A stretch of 64,000 nt of DNA from Candidatus Nomurabacteria bacterium (GTDB lineage Bacteria; Patescibacteriota; Minisyncoccia; Phycocordibacterales; UBA9973), in contig JACQGC010000018.1 of NCBI GenBank assembly GCA_016199805.1, positions 5,219-69,218 of the forward strand, read 5' to 3'. The position numbers and the translations under genes are program-made. Of the stretch, positions 1 through 9,546 are shown piece by piece. The stretch's first letter is position 1, and each line of letters opens with the position of its first letter. The notes beneath the pieces were generated by a model that ran no database searches, was not told the DNA's origin, and saw only the letters and a program-made list of their open reading frames with translations.

Positions 1-132
1 GATGTAGACCTAGAATCCGTGAAAAACACAGCGAGCTATGTATCGCCGGTGCCGGGAGGCGTGGGCCCGGTGACAGTGGCCATGCTCTTAAATAATGTAT
101 TAAAAGTAGCGAAGGGACGGAAGAATTTTTAG
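1..132 (+). CDS. folD: 3' end (C-terminal 43 aa) of bifunctional methylenetetrahydrofolate dehydrogenase/cyclohydrolase
   Basis: Frame 1 reads ...YVSPVPGGVGPVTVAMLLNNVLKVAKGRKNF*, which matches the conserved FolD C-terminus (PVPGGVGP-T-AML). The ORF runs off the window start. Confidence 0.6.
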   Translation, partial: DVDLESVKNTASYVSPVPGGVGPVTVAMLLNNVLKVAKGRKNF

Positions 133-138
133 ATTCAG

Positions 139-240
139 CCTCACCCCTGACCCCTCTCCAGCCCCATCCCAACCTTCCCCAGATTACTGGAGAAGGAGTT
201 CGAACCCTCTCTGGTACTTCGGAGAGGGCAGGGTGAGGTC
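139..240. repeat. GC-rich inverted repeat, member of the CCTCCCC/GGGGAGG palindrome family
   Basis: cctcacccctgacccctctcc (139-159) pairs with ggagagggcagggtgaggtc (221-240) across an about 60-nt C-rich loop, in the folD/PAP2 spacer. Confidence 0.4.
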
Positions 241-270
241 TGGCGAGGGGAATGTGGTATTATTATAATT

Positions 271-750
271 ATGAACAACAAAATCTTTTTCTTTTTTTAT
301 AATCTAGCTTATCAGTCGCAAGTCTTCGATGCAGTAGTTGTGTTTTTTGCTTTATATTTTCCTTATTTGGTGGCAATTTCAGTATTGGTATTTCTTTTGT
401 ACTTGAATAAAAAGAAAGAAATTTTGCTGACATTTTTCTCTGCAGGGTTGGCCTATGTCTTTGCTTATATATTTAAGCATTTATTCTCCACTTCTAGACC
501 TTTTGATGCCTTTCCGCAAGTTCACTCTCTCGTTGTAGAAACAGGGTACAGTTTTCCTTCCGGCCATGCCACTTTCTTCATGGCCCTGGCTGTGGCTATT
601 TTCTTTTATCACAAAAAAGCAGGTTATGTCTTTATGTTCTTTGCTTTATTGATAGGTCTGGCTCGTGTCATCGCCGGAGTGCATTTTCCGGTTGATATTT
701 TGGGAGGTTTTGTCTTGGGCGGACTGGTTTCTTGCTTGGTTGCCCGGTAG
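271..750 (+). CDS. PAP2-family phosphatase (undecaprenyl-diphosphatase / phosphatidate phosphatase type)
   Basis: Multi-TM protein carrying the PAP2 signature motifs SFPSGH and SR...GVHFPVD. Confidence 0.8.
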   Translation: MNNKIFFFFYNLAYQSQVFDAVVVFFALYFPYLVAISVLVFLLYLNKKKEILLTFFSAGLAYVFAYIFKHLFSTSRPFDAFPQVHSLVVETGYSFPSGHATFFMALAVAIFFYHKKAGYVFMFFALLIGLARVIAGVHFPVDILGGFVLGGLVSCLVAR

Positions 751-852
751 TGAGACTTTGCGACGCGTCTTTAGATGCATGCTTCGCATATCGCAAAGCT
801 CTACTGCCGGGTTGCATTTTTTACAAAAAATGTATAGTATATATACGTATTT

Positions 853-2226
853 ATGATTAAAAAAATTGTTTTATCTATCGTTATATTAGTCCTAGGCACC
901 GGGGTGGCCTTTTTTGTCTATAAGTCCGAGCCCAAGTTAAACAATCAGCTAAACAAGAATTCTGCCACCGCTTCGTCATTTTTCAAAAATCATCCTTTCC
1001 GTTTGGGACTCGATCTCTCCGGAGGAACACATCTCATATACAAAGCCGACACTTCAGCTGTGCCTGCAGGCCAAGTGGGGGATTCAATGGACGCGCTCCG
1101 TGATGTCATCGAAAGACGCGTAAATCTTTTCGGAGTTTCCGAGCCGGTGGTGCAGGTGCAACATGGCGGATTTGTCTCGGGTGCCGGAGAACAGTTGATT
1201 ATCGACCTTCCGGGCGTGACCGATGTAAAACAGGCAATCACCATGATAGGCCAGACCCCGCTTCTGGAATTTAAGACCGAAGCTCCAGCCGGAACTCCGC
1301 AAAAAGCGACCGTAGGCAAAGACGGTAAAGTGGTTTTGGATGTTGGCGGTCAATATGTCGCCACAGAATTGACCGGAAGATATTTGCAAAAAGCAACTTT
1401 GCAATTTGATGCAAATACCCGCGCCCCGACTGTCAGCTTGCAGTTTGATGACACAGGTACCAAACTCTTTGCTGAAATTACCAAAGCCAATGTCGGTAAA
1501 ACCGTGGCTATCTTTCTAGACGGCGCTCCGATATCCACTCCGGTGGTTCGCGAAGAGATTCCAAACGGCCAAGCGGTTATTTCCGGTTCCTTCACTCCAA
1601 CTGAAGCCAAAACCCTGGTTGGCCGACTAAATTCCGGAGCTCTGCCTGTGCCTATCACCCTTCTTTCCACTCAAACCATCGGTGCAATCTTGGGAGACAA
1701 TGCGGTCAACGCGGGAGTCAAAGCCACGGTCATCGGCTTCTTATTGGTGGCTCTTTTTCTTATATTGCTTTATCGTTTGCCTGGCTTGGTGGCGGTGGTG
1801 TCTTTAAGTATTTTTATAGTAATAATCTTGGCGCTTTTCAAACTTATGCCTGTCACGTTGACGGCGGCTGGTATTGCCGGGTTCATAATTTCCATCGGAG
1901 TGGCGGTGGATGCCAACGTGCTTATTTTCGAACGTATTAAAGAAGAATTGCGTTCCGGGCAAAATATCAAAGATGCGGTCAGGCTTGGTTTCTCCCGAGC
2001 ATGGTTTTCTATCCGGGACTCCAACATTTCAAACTTCATCACCGCGGTCATCCTTTTCTGGTTTGGCACATCCCTCATCAAAGGTTTTGCGCTGACCCTC
2101 GGAACGGGAGTCATCGTGTCGATGTTTAGCGCCATTGTCATCACCCGTGTTTTCTTGGGAGCTCTGGGATTCTTAGGGGAAGGCAAGGTCGCCCGATTCC
2201 TATTTTCAAGTGGAATCGGCAAGTAG
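853..2226 (+). CDS. secD: protein translocase subunit SecD
   Basis: 457 aa with an N-terminal TM, a periplasmic domain and a C-terminal 6-TM SecD/SecF core; lies directly upstream of secF. Confidence 0.9.
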   Translation: MIKKIVLSIVILVLGTGVAFFVYKSEPKLNNQLNKNSATASSFFKNHPFRLGLDLSGGTHLIYKADTSAVPAGQVGDSMDALRDVIERRVNLFGVSEPVVQVQHGGFVSGAGEQLIIDLPGVTDVKQAITMIGQTPLLEFKTEAPAGTPQKATVGKDGKVVLDVGGQYVATELTGRYLQKATLQFDANTRAPTVSLQFDDTGTKLFAEITKANVGKTVAIFLDGAPISTPVVREEIPNGQAVISGSFTPTEAKTLVGRLNSGALPVPITLLSTQTIGAILGDNAVNAGVKATVIGFLLVALFLILLYRLPGLVAVVSLSIFIVIILALFKLMPVTLTAAGIAGFIISIGVAVDANVLIFERIKEELRSGQNIKDAVRLGFSRAWFSIRDSNISNFITAVILFWFGTSLIKGFALTLGTGVIVSMFSAIVITRVFLGALGFLGEGKVARFLFSSGIGK

Positions 2227-2304
2227 AAAATTTATCAAGTTATAATGTCCATAAAGAAAATACTTTACAAACTTTAAAAACTTTCAACTTTATAACTAAC
2301 TTAT

Positions 2305-3210
2305 ATGTTTATAATAAATCACAAAAAAATATTTATCGGCATCTCCATATCATTGGTTGTTTTGTCGCTGGCCTCACTTGCCGTATTCGGATTAAAAATC
2401 GGCATCGACTTCAAGGGTGGCGCTTTGACTGAAGTTTCTTACAAAGTGGAACGCCCGGCGCAAGCCACTTTGGAAAAGCCGCTGGCTGATTTGAATTTTG
2501 GCGCCATTATGTTGCAGCCGACGGGTACTTTGGGTTACATAGTAAAGTCCCGAGACTTGAATGATGCCGAGCACACTTCACTTTTGGGCGCGCTTTCGGA
2601 AAACAATGCCGCTCCTCTGACCGAGCTTAGTTTCAATTCCGTCGGACCTTCGGTGGGCAAGGAGCTCACCAGGAAAGCCATTTTGGCCGTTATTTTAATC
2701 TCGCTCGCGATTATTTGCTTCATCGCTTTTGCTTTCCGAAAAGTTTCCAAACCGATTTCTTCCTGGAGATACGGTATCATTGCCATCGTCACACTTTTGC
2801 ACGACGTGGCTATACCTGTCGGAATATTTGTAGTTCTCTCGCATTTTTATGGGGCGGAGGTGGACAGTCTTTTCGTGGTGGCGGTCTTAACCATTCTCGG
2901 TCTTTCCGTTTCCGATACTATTGTCATCTTTGACCGAATCAGGGAAAATTTGAGAAACCAAGCAAGTGTTGCCAAACAAAACTTCAGCGAAATAGTCGGC
3001 AAAAGTTTGTCGCAATCATTTGTGCGTTCCATCTGCACGTCTCTCACTGTCATTCTGGTTCTTCTTTCCCTGTATTTCTTTGGTCCTGAATCCACAAAAT
3101 ATTTTGCCCTGATGCTCACCGCCGGAATGTTCTTCGGAACCTATTCCTCGATTTTCCTAGCCTCACCGCTACTAGTCTGGGTAGAAGAGTGGCAGAAAAA
3201 GCAGAAATAA
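2305..3210 (+). CDS. secF: protein translocase subunit SecF
   Basis: 301 aa; begins KIGIDFKGGALTEVSY, has a C-terminal multi-TM SecD/SecF domain, and is adjacent to secD. Confidence 0.9.
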   Translation: MFIINHKKIFIGISISLVVLSLASLAVFGLKIGIDFKGGALTEVSYKVERPAQATLEKPLADLNFGAIMLQPTGTLGYIVKSRDLNDAEHTSLLGALSENNAAPLTELSFNSVGPSVGKELTRKAILAVILISLAIICFIAFAFRKVSKPISSWRYGIIAIVTLLHDVAIPVGIFVVLSHFYGAEVDSLFVVAVLTILGLSVSDTIVIFDRIRENLRNQASVAKQNFSEIVGKSLSQSFVRSICTSLTVILVLLSLYFFGPESTKYFALMLTAGMFFGTYSSIFLASPLLVWVEEWQKKQK

Positions 3211-3304
3211 CCTATATAAAATAAGCATAAAAAATCCATTTTCAAAATGGATTTTTTATGCCATACTTTATGGGTTATAAATTATTATTTTAACTATATT
3301 TATT

Positions 3305-3886
3305 ATGGAAAAAAATTTTTGGCAGAGGAATAAAGTGGTTTTAATTATTTTAGCTGTAATCGTTCTTTTGGCGCTTTGGGTTGTCGGAAAATATAATTCT
3401 TTCGTCAGACAAAACGAAGCCATCACCAACCAATGGGCGCAAGTAGACAATCAATTACAAAGACGCTTTGATTTGATTCCAAACGTCGTCAACACCGTCA
3501 AAGGTATCACCAAGCAAGAGAAAGACGTCTTCACCGCTATCGCCGATGCCCGCACGCATTACGCTGGAGCATCAACTGTCGATCAAAAAGCCACCGCGGC
3601 AGGACAAGTGGAATCATCCCTGGGTAGACTTTTAGTTATCACCGAAAATTATCCACAACTATTATCCTCCAAGTCTTTTCAAGATTTGACGGTAGAGCTT
3701 GAAGGGGCGGAAAACAGAATTGCCGTGGAGAGAATGAAATATAACGACTTAGTAAAGAGCTTGAATGCCGGCGTGAAAGTATTTCCGAGCTCTATTGTGG
3801 CCTCTATTTTTGGAGTAAAAGAGCGTGCTTACTTTGAAGTAAAAGACGAAGCAAAAGTGGTTCCAAAAGTTGACTTTACCCAGTAA
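3305..3886 (+). CDS. LemA family protein
   Basis: N-terminal TM followed by YNSFVRQNEAI..QWAQVDNQLQRRFDLIPN, typical of LemA; followed by a TPM-domain gene, the classic LemA-TPM pair. Confidence 0.85.
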   Translation: MEKNFWQRNKVVLIILAVIVLLALWVVGKYNSFVRQNEAITNQWAQVDNQLQRRFDLIPNVVNTVKGITKQEKDVFTAIADARTHYAGASTVDQKATAAGQVESSLGRLLVITENYPQLLSSKSFQDLTVELEGAENRIAVERMKYNDLVKSLNAGVKVFPSSIVASIFGVKERAYFEVKDEAKVVPKVDFTQ

Positions 3887-3896
3887 TTTTAGCTGA

Positions 3897-4775
3897 ATGA
3901 AAAAATTTATTTTTCTGGTTTTTGCTTTTGTGTTTTTTGTGGGAGCTACTAAGGGCTTGGCTTTTGATATTCTAGCCAGACCGCAAAATTTTGTGAACGA
4001 CTACGCCGGAGTTCTTTCGGCGGAAAGCAAAAACGCGCTCGAGAGTAAAATTTCAAACTTCGAGAAACAAACAACTGACGAAATAGCGGTGGTCACAATC
4101 CCGTCCTTAGACGGAGACACGGTAGAAAATGTGGCGCAAGATATTTTCACCAAATGGGGCATCGGCAAAAAAGACAAAAATAATGGAGTGCTAATTTTAG
4201 TCGCCATTTCCGAACACAAGACCCGCATCCAGACCGGCTACGGAGTGGAGGGAGACCTCACCGACTTGGCGACTTCATACATGCAAAGCGAAATAATGGC
4301 CCCGGCTTTCAGGCAAAACGATTATTATTCCGGGCTCTCCGGCGCGGTGGATAAAATAATTGAATCCTTAAACGGTGGCAATGTCGTGCCCGAGGGATAT
4401 TCTTCATCCAAAAAATCAAACACAGATTGGAGTTTTATTTTCTTCCTCATGTTTATCGTTTTGCAGTGGGTTATCGCTATTTTAGGCAGGTCAAAATCTT
4501 GGTGGGGTGGCGGAGTGCTGGGGGCGGCTATCGGCGGAATAATCTGGTTTCTCGGATTGTTTTCTTTTACCATTTCGGCAGTCCTTTTTGCCTTCCTGAT
4601 AATTTTCGGGTTGGGGCTTGATTTTATTGTCTCGCGCGCTTACCAAAATGCGAAAAGCAAAGGCACACGTGTTCCTTGGTGGTTTGGTGGTGGCGGACCA
4701 GGTGGCGGTTCCGGAGGTTTTGGGGGATTTGGCGGCGGAATGTCGGGTGGTGGCGGTTCTTCGGGAGGCTGGTAG
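3897..4775 (+). CDS. TPM-domain protein (YgcG-like) with a Gly-rich C-terminus
   Basis: Signal peptide, then a TPM/methanol-dehydrogenase-like phosphatase domain (GVLILVAISEHKTRIQTGYG), TM segments and a GGGG tail. Confidence 0.8.
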   Translation: MKKFIFLVFAFVFFVGATKGLAFDILARPQNFVNDYAGVLSAESKNALESKISNFEKQTTDEIAVVTIPSLDGDTVENVAQDIFTKWGIGKKDKNNGVLILVAISEHKTRIQTGYGVEGDLTDLATSYMQSEIMAPAFRQNDYYSGLSGAVDKIIESLNGGNVVPEGYSSSKKSNTDWSFIFFLMFIVLQWVIAILGRSKSWWGGGVLGAAIGGIIWFLGLFSFTISAVLFAFLIIFGLGLDFIVSRAYQNAKSKGTRVPWWFGGGGPGGGSGGFGGFGGGMSGGGGSSGGW

Positions 4776-4802
4776 TTTGAATTCAGAATTACCACCCCTA
4801 AC

Positions 4803-4824
4803 CCCTCCTTAATCAAGGAGGGGA
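4803..4824. repeat. 22-bp perfect palindrome CCCCTCCTTAATCAAGGAGGGG (intergenic copy)
   Basis: Exact inverted symmetry. The identical 22-mer recurs at 38803-38824 inside a CDS. Confidence 0.7.
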
Positions 4825-4870
4825 GGAAAACAAAATTCCTATTTTTCAGTGTTTCTGTTATACTATTTTT

Positions 4871-5143
4871 ATGGAAATAAAGGATGTAGAAAATCTTGCC
4901 AATTTGTCCAGGATTGAATTGAGCGAAGAAGAAAAACAAGAAATCCTCAAAGACATGAAGGGTATTTTGGAGTATGTGAAGGTGGTGGAGGGCGTGCAAG
5001 TAGAAGACACAAAGCCGGAATATAATTTAAGAAATGTCTGGCGTGATGATGAAATAATTCCGCGCGAATTTTCACATGAGCTTATCACCGAACAATTCCC
5101 AGCATCACAGGATGGATTTTTAAAAGTAAAAAAGATTTTGTAG
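4871..5143 (+). CDS. gatC: Asp-tRNA(Asn)/Glu-tRNA(Gln) amidotransferase subunit C
   Basis: 90 aa reading LSRIELSEEEKQEILKDMKGILEYV; immediately upstream of gatA. Confidence 0.85.
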   Translation: MEIKDVENLANLSRIELSEEEKQEILKDMKGILEYVKVVEGVQVEDTKPEYNLRNVWRDDEIIPREFSHELITEQFPASQDGFLKVKKIL

Positions 5144-5147
5144 TAAA

Positions 5148-5257
5148 ACCTGTCCCGTACTAAATTTTTTAGAAAATATATTATGATAAAATATAATTAG
5201 AAAGAAAAAAGAAATGAAAATTATTAATAAAAATTTAAAATTTTAGTACTGGGATGA
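5148..5257 (+). repeat. bipartite stem-loop element (copy 1) between gatC and gatA
   Basis: acctgtcccgtactaaattt ... aatttaaaattttagtactgggATGa. The ends are inverted repeats (cccgtactaaa / tttagtactggg) around an AT-rich loop. A second copy lies at 47230-47306. The element ends in the gatA start codon. Confidence 0.45.
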
Positions 5258-6672
5258 TTGATATAGCCAAACTCACAATTGCAGAGGCGAGAAAAAAATT
5301 GGATGCAAAAGAATTTAGCGCGGTAGATTTGGCGCAGGCATATTTGGATGAAATAAAAAAGAAAAACAAAGAACTTAATGCTTATCTGGAAATTTTTGAT
5401 GATGTTTTGGAACAAGCCAAAGAAGTGGATGCTCGAATTGCCAAAGGGGAGTCGTATCCATTGCTCGGTATTCCTATGGCTATCAAAGATGTTATTTTGA
5501 TAAAAGGTAGGCGAGTTTCTGCCGCGTCGAAAATTTTAGAAAATTACAGAGCCACTTATGACGCTACAGTAATAACCAAATTAAAAAAACAAGGTGCAGT
5601 ATTTTTAGGCAGAACAAACATGGATGAATTTGCCATGGGAGGTTCCACAGAAAATTCTGCTTTCGGCCCGACCAGAAATCCACACGACACCAGAAGGGTT
5701 TCTGGGGGGTCTTCGGGTGGATCTGTGGCTGCAGTGGCCTCCAATATGGCCCTAGGAGCACTGGGTTCAGACACAGGGGGTTCTGTGCGAGAGCCGGCAT
5801 CTTTCTGCGGGATAGTGGGTATGAAGCCTACCTATGGCCGTGTATCGCGTTATGGGCTTATAGCCATGGGTTCTTCGTTGGATTGTATAGGCAGTATTGC
5901 TAAAAACACTGAAGATGCAAAAATTATCTATGATGCCATTTATGGGCATGACATCTTGGATAGTACGAGTATTGAAGATACCACTTATGCAAAACCCCAA
6001 ATAAAAAAAGTTATCGGCGTACCTTGGGATTTAGTCAACATGGAAGGGGTGGATGTGAAAGTCAAAGAAAATTTTAAACAGTCTATTTCTAAATTGGAAA
6101 ATCTTGGTTTCAAAATCAATGATATTTCCATAAAAAATATTGATATGGCTCTGGCGACTTACTATATTATTATGCCGGCGGAATCTTCCACAAACTTATC
6201 GCGTTTTGATGGAATGAGATATGGGTTACATAAAGATGGAAAAGATTTACTTGAAGACTATAGATTGACAAAGAGGGCAGGTTTCGGGAAGGAGGTTCGC
6301 AGGAGAATTTTGCTTGGCACATATGTGCTTTCTTCTGGATATTACGATGCCTATTATGGCAAGGCACAAATAGCTAGGAGCGCGTTAAAAGAGGAATTCG
6401 CGAAAGCGTTCAAGGATGTAGACATTGTAGCCACTCCGACTGCTCCATTTGTGGCTTGGAAAATAGGTGAAAAAAGTGATCCGCTGTCCGTATATCTTGC
6501 TGATATTTTTACCATTACGGCAAACATGGTTGGTATTCCGGCGATTTCTATACCCTCCGGTTTTTCGGAAGTAGAAGGCAAAAAATTGCCATTAGGAATT
6601 CAGTTTATGGCGCCACACGGGGCAGAGGACCTGCTTTTTGAAGTTGGTAAGAAGTTTGAGACAGTGTTATAA
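5254..6672 (+). CDS. gatA: Glu-tRNA(Gln) amidotransferase subunit A
   Basis: 472 aa with the amidase signature GGSSGGSVAAVAS and an LTIAEARKKL N-terminus. Confidence 0.9.
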   Translation: MIDIAKLTIAEARKKLDAKEFSAVDLAQAYLDEIKKKNKELNAYLEIFDDVLEQAKEVDARIAKGESYPLLGIPMAIKDVILIKGRRVSAASKILENYRATYDATVITKLKKQGAVFLGRTNMDEFAMGGSTENSAFGPTRNPHDTRRVSGGSSGGSVAAVASNMALGALGSDTGGSVREPASFCGIVGMKPTYGRVSRYGLIAMGSSLDCIGSIAKNTEDAKIIYDAIYGHDILDSTSIEDTTYAKPQIKKVIGVPWDLVNMEGVDVKVKENFKQSISKLENLGFKINDISIKNIDMALATYYIIMPAESSTNLSRFDGMRYGLHKDGKDLLEDYRLTKRAGFGKEVRRRILLGTYVLSSGYYDAYYGKAQIARSALKEEFAKAFKDVDIVATPTAPFVAWKIGEKSDPLSVYLADIFTITANMVGIPAISIPSGFSEVEGKKLPLGIQFMAPHGAEDLLFEVGKKFETVL

Positions 6673-6681
6673 TTTTTATAT

Positions 6682-7326
6682 ATGCAAACAGCTCAAGTTG
6701 TAGCGGAAAATAACCCCAACACCGGAACCTTCCTGGATTCCAGATACCTCGATCCGGGATATCTGTTTAATCACTTATTTCCCTATGTTAAAGATTTTTG
6801 GTTTTTTATCTCCAGTGACCAAGCCATAGCGGTTGAAAAAACCATCCTTGTTTTTCTGGCCATATTCTTTATCGCCATAATTTGCTACACATTTGTGCGT
6901 TTGTTTGAAATTCGAAAAAAAGAACATGCGCACCTGCATCACGAGATGAAGGAATATATGCACAACAAAACCGAGTACGAAAAACACCTGCGAGAAGAAG
7001 TCGGAGGTTCGAAAAATGAACGTTGGGGCAAGACATTAAACTATCTCTTTTCACAACATGGCAGTGATTGGAAACTGGCCATCATCGAGGCGGACTCTAT
7101 GCTCGAAGGCTTGCTCGACCAGCTCGGCTTCAAAGGGGACAACCTGGGTGACAAACTAAAATCTGCCAACCAAGAAAATTTTTCACAGCTTTCCACGGCT
7201 TGGGAAATTCATACTGTGCGAAACAGAATAGCCCACGAAGGACTAGCCTTTGAATTGACCCAGCATGAAGCCAAAAGAGTCATTGCCCTGTACGAGCAAA
7301 TCTTTCATAGTTACGGGTTTATATAA
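6682..7326 (+). CDS. hypothetical membrane-anchored protein
   Basis: 214-aa ORF with one TM (ILVFLAIFFIAIICYTFV) and a charged His-rich cytoplasmic part; no family recognised. Confidence 0.5.
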   Translation: MQTAQVVAENNPNTGTFLDSRYLDPGYLFNHLFPYVKDFWFFISSDQAIAVEKTILVFLAIFFIAIICYTFVRLFEIRKKEHAHLHHEMKEYMHNKTEYEKHLREEVGGSKNERWGKTLNYLFSQHGSDWKLAIIEADSMLEGLLDQLGFKGDNLGDKLKSANQENFSQLSTAWEIHTVRNRIAHEGLAFELTQHEAKRVIALYEQIFHSYGFI

Positions 7327-7374
7327 CCCCACCTCAAATCCTCCCCTTACATTAATGTGAGGAAGTTTTCTAGT

Positions 7375-7445
7375 TGCGGGAGGCCGAATCGAACGGCCGT
7401 CTTAAGGTTATGAGCCTTACGAGATGCCTCTTCTCTATCCCGCTG
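7375..7445 (-). tRNA. tRNA-Met (anticodon CAU), initiator-like
   Basis: Reverse complement folds as AGCGGGA-U8-A-GAGA/UCUC D-stem, UAAGG/CCUUA anticodon stem with loop CUCAUAA, GGCCG/CGGCC T-stem with loop UUCGAUU, and discriminator A. The 1:72 A-A mismatch and A11:U24 resemble initiator features. Confidence 0.75.
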
Positions 7446-7551
7446 TGAAGCAAAAGCTTATGTATGTATTATATTACAAAACAGGATTTTTGCAAGTAAA
7501 AATTTGAAAATAAGCCAGAATATGCTATTCTAAGCTGTGTTTGATATATAT

Positions 7552-7624
7552 GTCGGCGTAGCTCAGGCAGTAGAGCATGGGACTCATAAGCCCAATGTCG
7601 CAAGTGCAAGTCTTGCCGCCGACA
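7552..7624 (+). tRNA. tRNA with anticodon CAU (elongator Met or lysidine-type Ile2)
   Basis: GUCGGCG/CGCCGAC acceptor, GCUC/GAGC D-stem, anticodon loop CUCAUAA, T-stem GCAAG/CUUGC with an unusual T-loop UGCAAGU; 73 nt. Confidence 0.75.
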
Positions 7625-7680
7625 CAAAGCAATATTTATCCACATTGTTGGTTAGTTGTATCTCCTGTCACGGGGTATAA

Positions 7681-8016
7681 TGTTTAGGTCGTGGTTATTT
7701 TGATGGAGATGGTAACGTATGGTCAGGTTTAATGCATAAAGAAAGGAAAACAAAAAACTTTGTTATTTTCGTTGCATTCACTTCATGCTCATATGAGTTT
7801 CTGAATGAATTACAGAAGAGGCTTAATTTAGTCGGCATTGCCGGGGGTAGTATTTATAAGTCTAAAAAAAGAAAATTTTGCAGATTGCAATTCAGCACCT
7901 CCGGAGCTTTGAAATTGTATGATTTTATGTATAATAGGAAGGTAGAAGACTTTTTCGGCCTATTTTTAAATAGAAAGAAGAAAATCTTTGAAAAATTTAA
8001 TAGATTGCGGCTGTAG
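7681..8016 (+). pseudogene. LAGLIDADG homing-endonuclease-like ORF lacking a canonical start; its 3' end overlaps exon 1 of tRNA-Asp
   Basis: In-frame translation after the TAA at 7678 reads CLGRGYFDGDGNVWSGLMHKERKTKNFVIFVAFTSCSYEFLNELQKRLNLVGIAGGSIYKSKKRKFCRLQFSTSGALKLYDFMYNRKV... The GYFDGDG motif plus the downstream beta-strand pattern matches single-motif LAGLIDADG enzymes of the I-CreI type. The first ATG (7732) falls after the motif. The TAG stop lies within tRNA positions 8-10. Confidence 0.5.
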
Positions 8017-8317
8017 CTCAACGGTAGAGCACCCGCCTGTAGATTCGTGCAGCTTTCTGTCGAAAAGGCAGATTGAAACTCTTTGGGATATCGGTGAAGG
8101 CTAACCTCCGACTTTGTGTCGGAGTATGCGAATACCGAGGGAACCCTTCCATATTTTTGCTTTTATAATAAGTAAGCAAAGAGAAGGGGCGCCGTAGAGA
8201 CTAGATACCAAAGCACCTAAAAGTGAAAACTCACGGTGAAGATATAGTCCACGCCATTATGAAAATATTGGACTTAGTGCACGTGGGAGGCCGTGGGGTC
8301 AGCACCCATCAGCCGCG
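8007..8317 (+). tRNA. tRNA-Asp (anticodon GUC) interrupted by a group I intron in the anticodon loop
   Basis: Exon 1 (8007-8040) is GCGGCUG-UA-GCUC-AACGGUA-GAGC-A-CCCGC-CUGU. Exon 2 (8280-8317) is CAC-GUGGG-AGGCC-GUGGG-GUCAGCA-CCCAU-CAGCCGC-G. The joined loop CUGUCAC, G73, G10 and C38 match tRNA-Asp identity. Acceptor halves GCGGCUG/CAGCCGC pair perfectly across the insertion. The exon ends in U and the intron ends in G. Confidence 0.7.
8041..8279 (+). mobile_element. group I intron (about 239 nt) within tRNA-Asp
   Basis: Contains conserved core elements: the R-like sequence GUAGAGACUAGA (8193-8204; compare the Azoarcus intron GUAGAGACUAGACGG) and the S element AAGAUAUAGUCC (8239-8250). Size is typical of tRNA-borne group I introns (200-250 nt). 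Boundaries follow the 5'-exon-U / intron-omegaG rule. Confidence 0.7.
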
Positions 8318-8413
8318 CAAACATTTTCGATCTTAATTTATAAAGGTTTTTTTCTGCTGACTGATTGGATACAGAACTTCATGTTTGTTTAATATTTTTT
8401 GTGTATAATTTAG

Positions 8414-8773
<360 letters not shown>

Positions 8774-8937
8774 ACGCCGGAGCACTGTTTTGATAGTAAT
8801 CAAAACGCGAGGCGGTGCCCAGACCAAAATTTTTGACGAAAAATTTTGAGTCGCGGGAAAGATTCCGGTCGCTCGCGCAAAAAGAGATTTTTTCATCTTC
8901 ACAATTTCTTAATGAGAGAAAGTGTTATAATGAAACA

Positions 8938-9423
8938 ATGCAAGATGCACCCATTCCGGTGGATGAAGAAAAAAGAATAGAAGCAGTACATCGCTTGGCT
9001 ATATTGGATACCAAGCCGGAAGAACGATTTGATATTCTGACGCAGGAAGTAGTGAAGAAATTAAATGTATCTATGTCTATGGTCACCATACTGGATTCAA
9101 ACAGAGAATGGTTCAAGTCTTGCGTGGGGCTGGATAAAAAAGAAGGGGACCGGGCGGCATCTTTCTGCGGGCACGCGCTTCTCGCCAAAAATATTTTTGT
9201 GGTAGAAGATACCTTGAAAGACCCACGTTTTGCCGACAATCCCATGGTGGTTGGTTTTCCGTTTATCAGGTTTTACGCTGGTGTGGCTCTCTTTGATTAT
9301 AAAACCCGGCAGCCCATAGGCGTCTTCTGTGTGAAAGACACCAAACCAAAAAAACTCACCGTGCAAGAGATAGCCATCATTATAGATCTCGCCAATAAAG
9401 CGGAGAAAGAACTCAATAAATAA
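8938..9423 (+). CDS. stand-alone GAF-domain protein
   Basis: EKRIEAVHRLAILDTKPEERFDILTQ...SFCGHALL...FVVEDTLKDPRFADNP is a GAF fold. An extended -10 (TGTTATAAT) ends about 7 nt before the ATG, so the mRNA may be leaderless. A longer ORF from 8815 is possible. Confidence 0.7.
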   Translation: MQDAPIPVDEEKRIEAVHRLAILDTKPEERFDILTQEVVKKLNVSMSMVTILDSNREWFKSCVGLDKKEGDRAASFCGHALLAKNIFVVEDTLKDPRFADNPMVVGFPFIRFYAGVALFDYKTRQPIGVFCVKDTKPKKLTVQEIAIIIDLANKAEKELNK

Positions 9424-9463
9424 TTTTTGCAAAATAAGCCAAAATACACTAAGATAACTGGGT

Positions 9464-9538
9464 GCCGTCGTAGCTTAGCGGTAAAGCACGTCATTGGTAA
9501 TGACGAGACCAAGGGTTCGATCCCCTTCGACGGCTCCA
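9464..9538 (+). tRNA. tRNA-Thr (anticodon GGU)
   Basis: GCCGUCG/CGACGGC acceptor, anticodon stem CGUCA/UGACG with loop UUGGUAA, T-arm GGGUUCGAUCCCC, encoded CCA. Confidence 0.85.
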
Positions 9539-9546
9539 GGTTTTTT

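Noticed and set aside
665-856. 63-aa + strand ORF overlapping the PAP2 3' end
   Set aside because: Overlaps a supported gene in another frame and spans the secD promoter region.
990-2222. Several 100-150-aa - strand ORFs inside secD
   Set aside because: All are embedded antisense in the well-supported secD coding region.
8007-8317. Alternative reading of the split tRNA as tRNA-Ala(UGC) (intron after U33, loop CUUGCAC)
   Set aside because: It lacks the G3:U70 Ala identity pair and has G73 rather than A73. The Asp assignment (loop CUGUCAC, G73, G10, C38) fits better. Both intron boundaries obey U/omegaG, so this remains a minor ambiguity.
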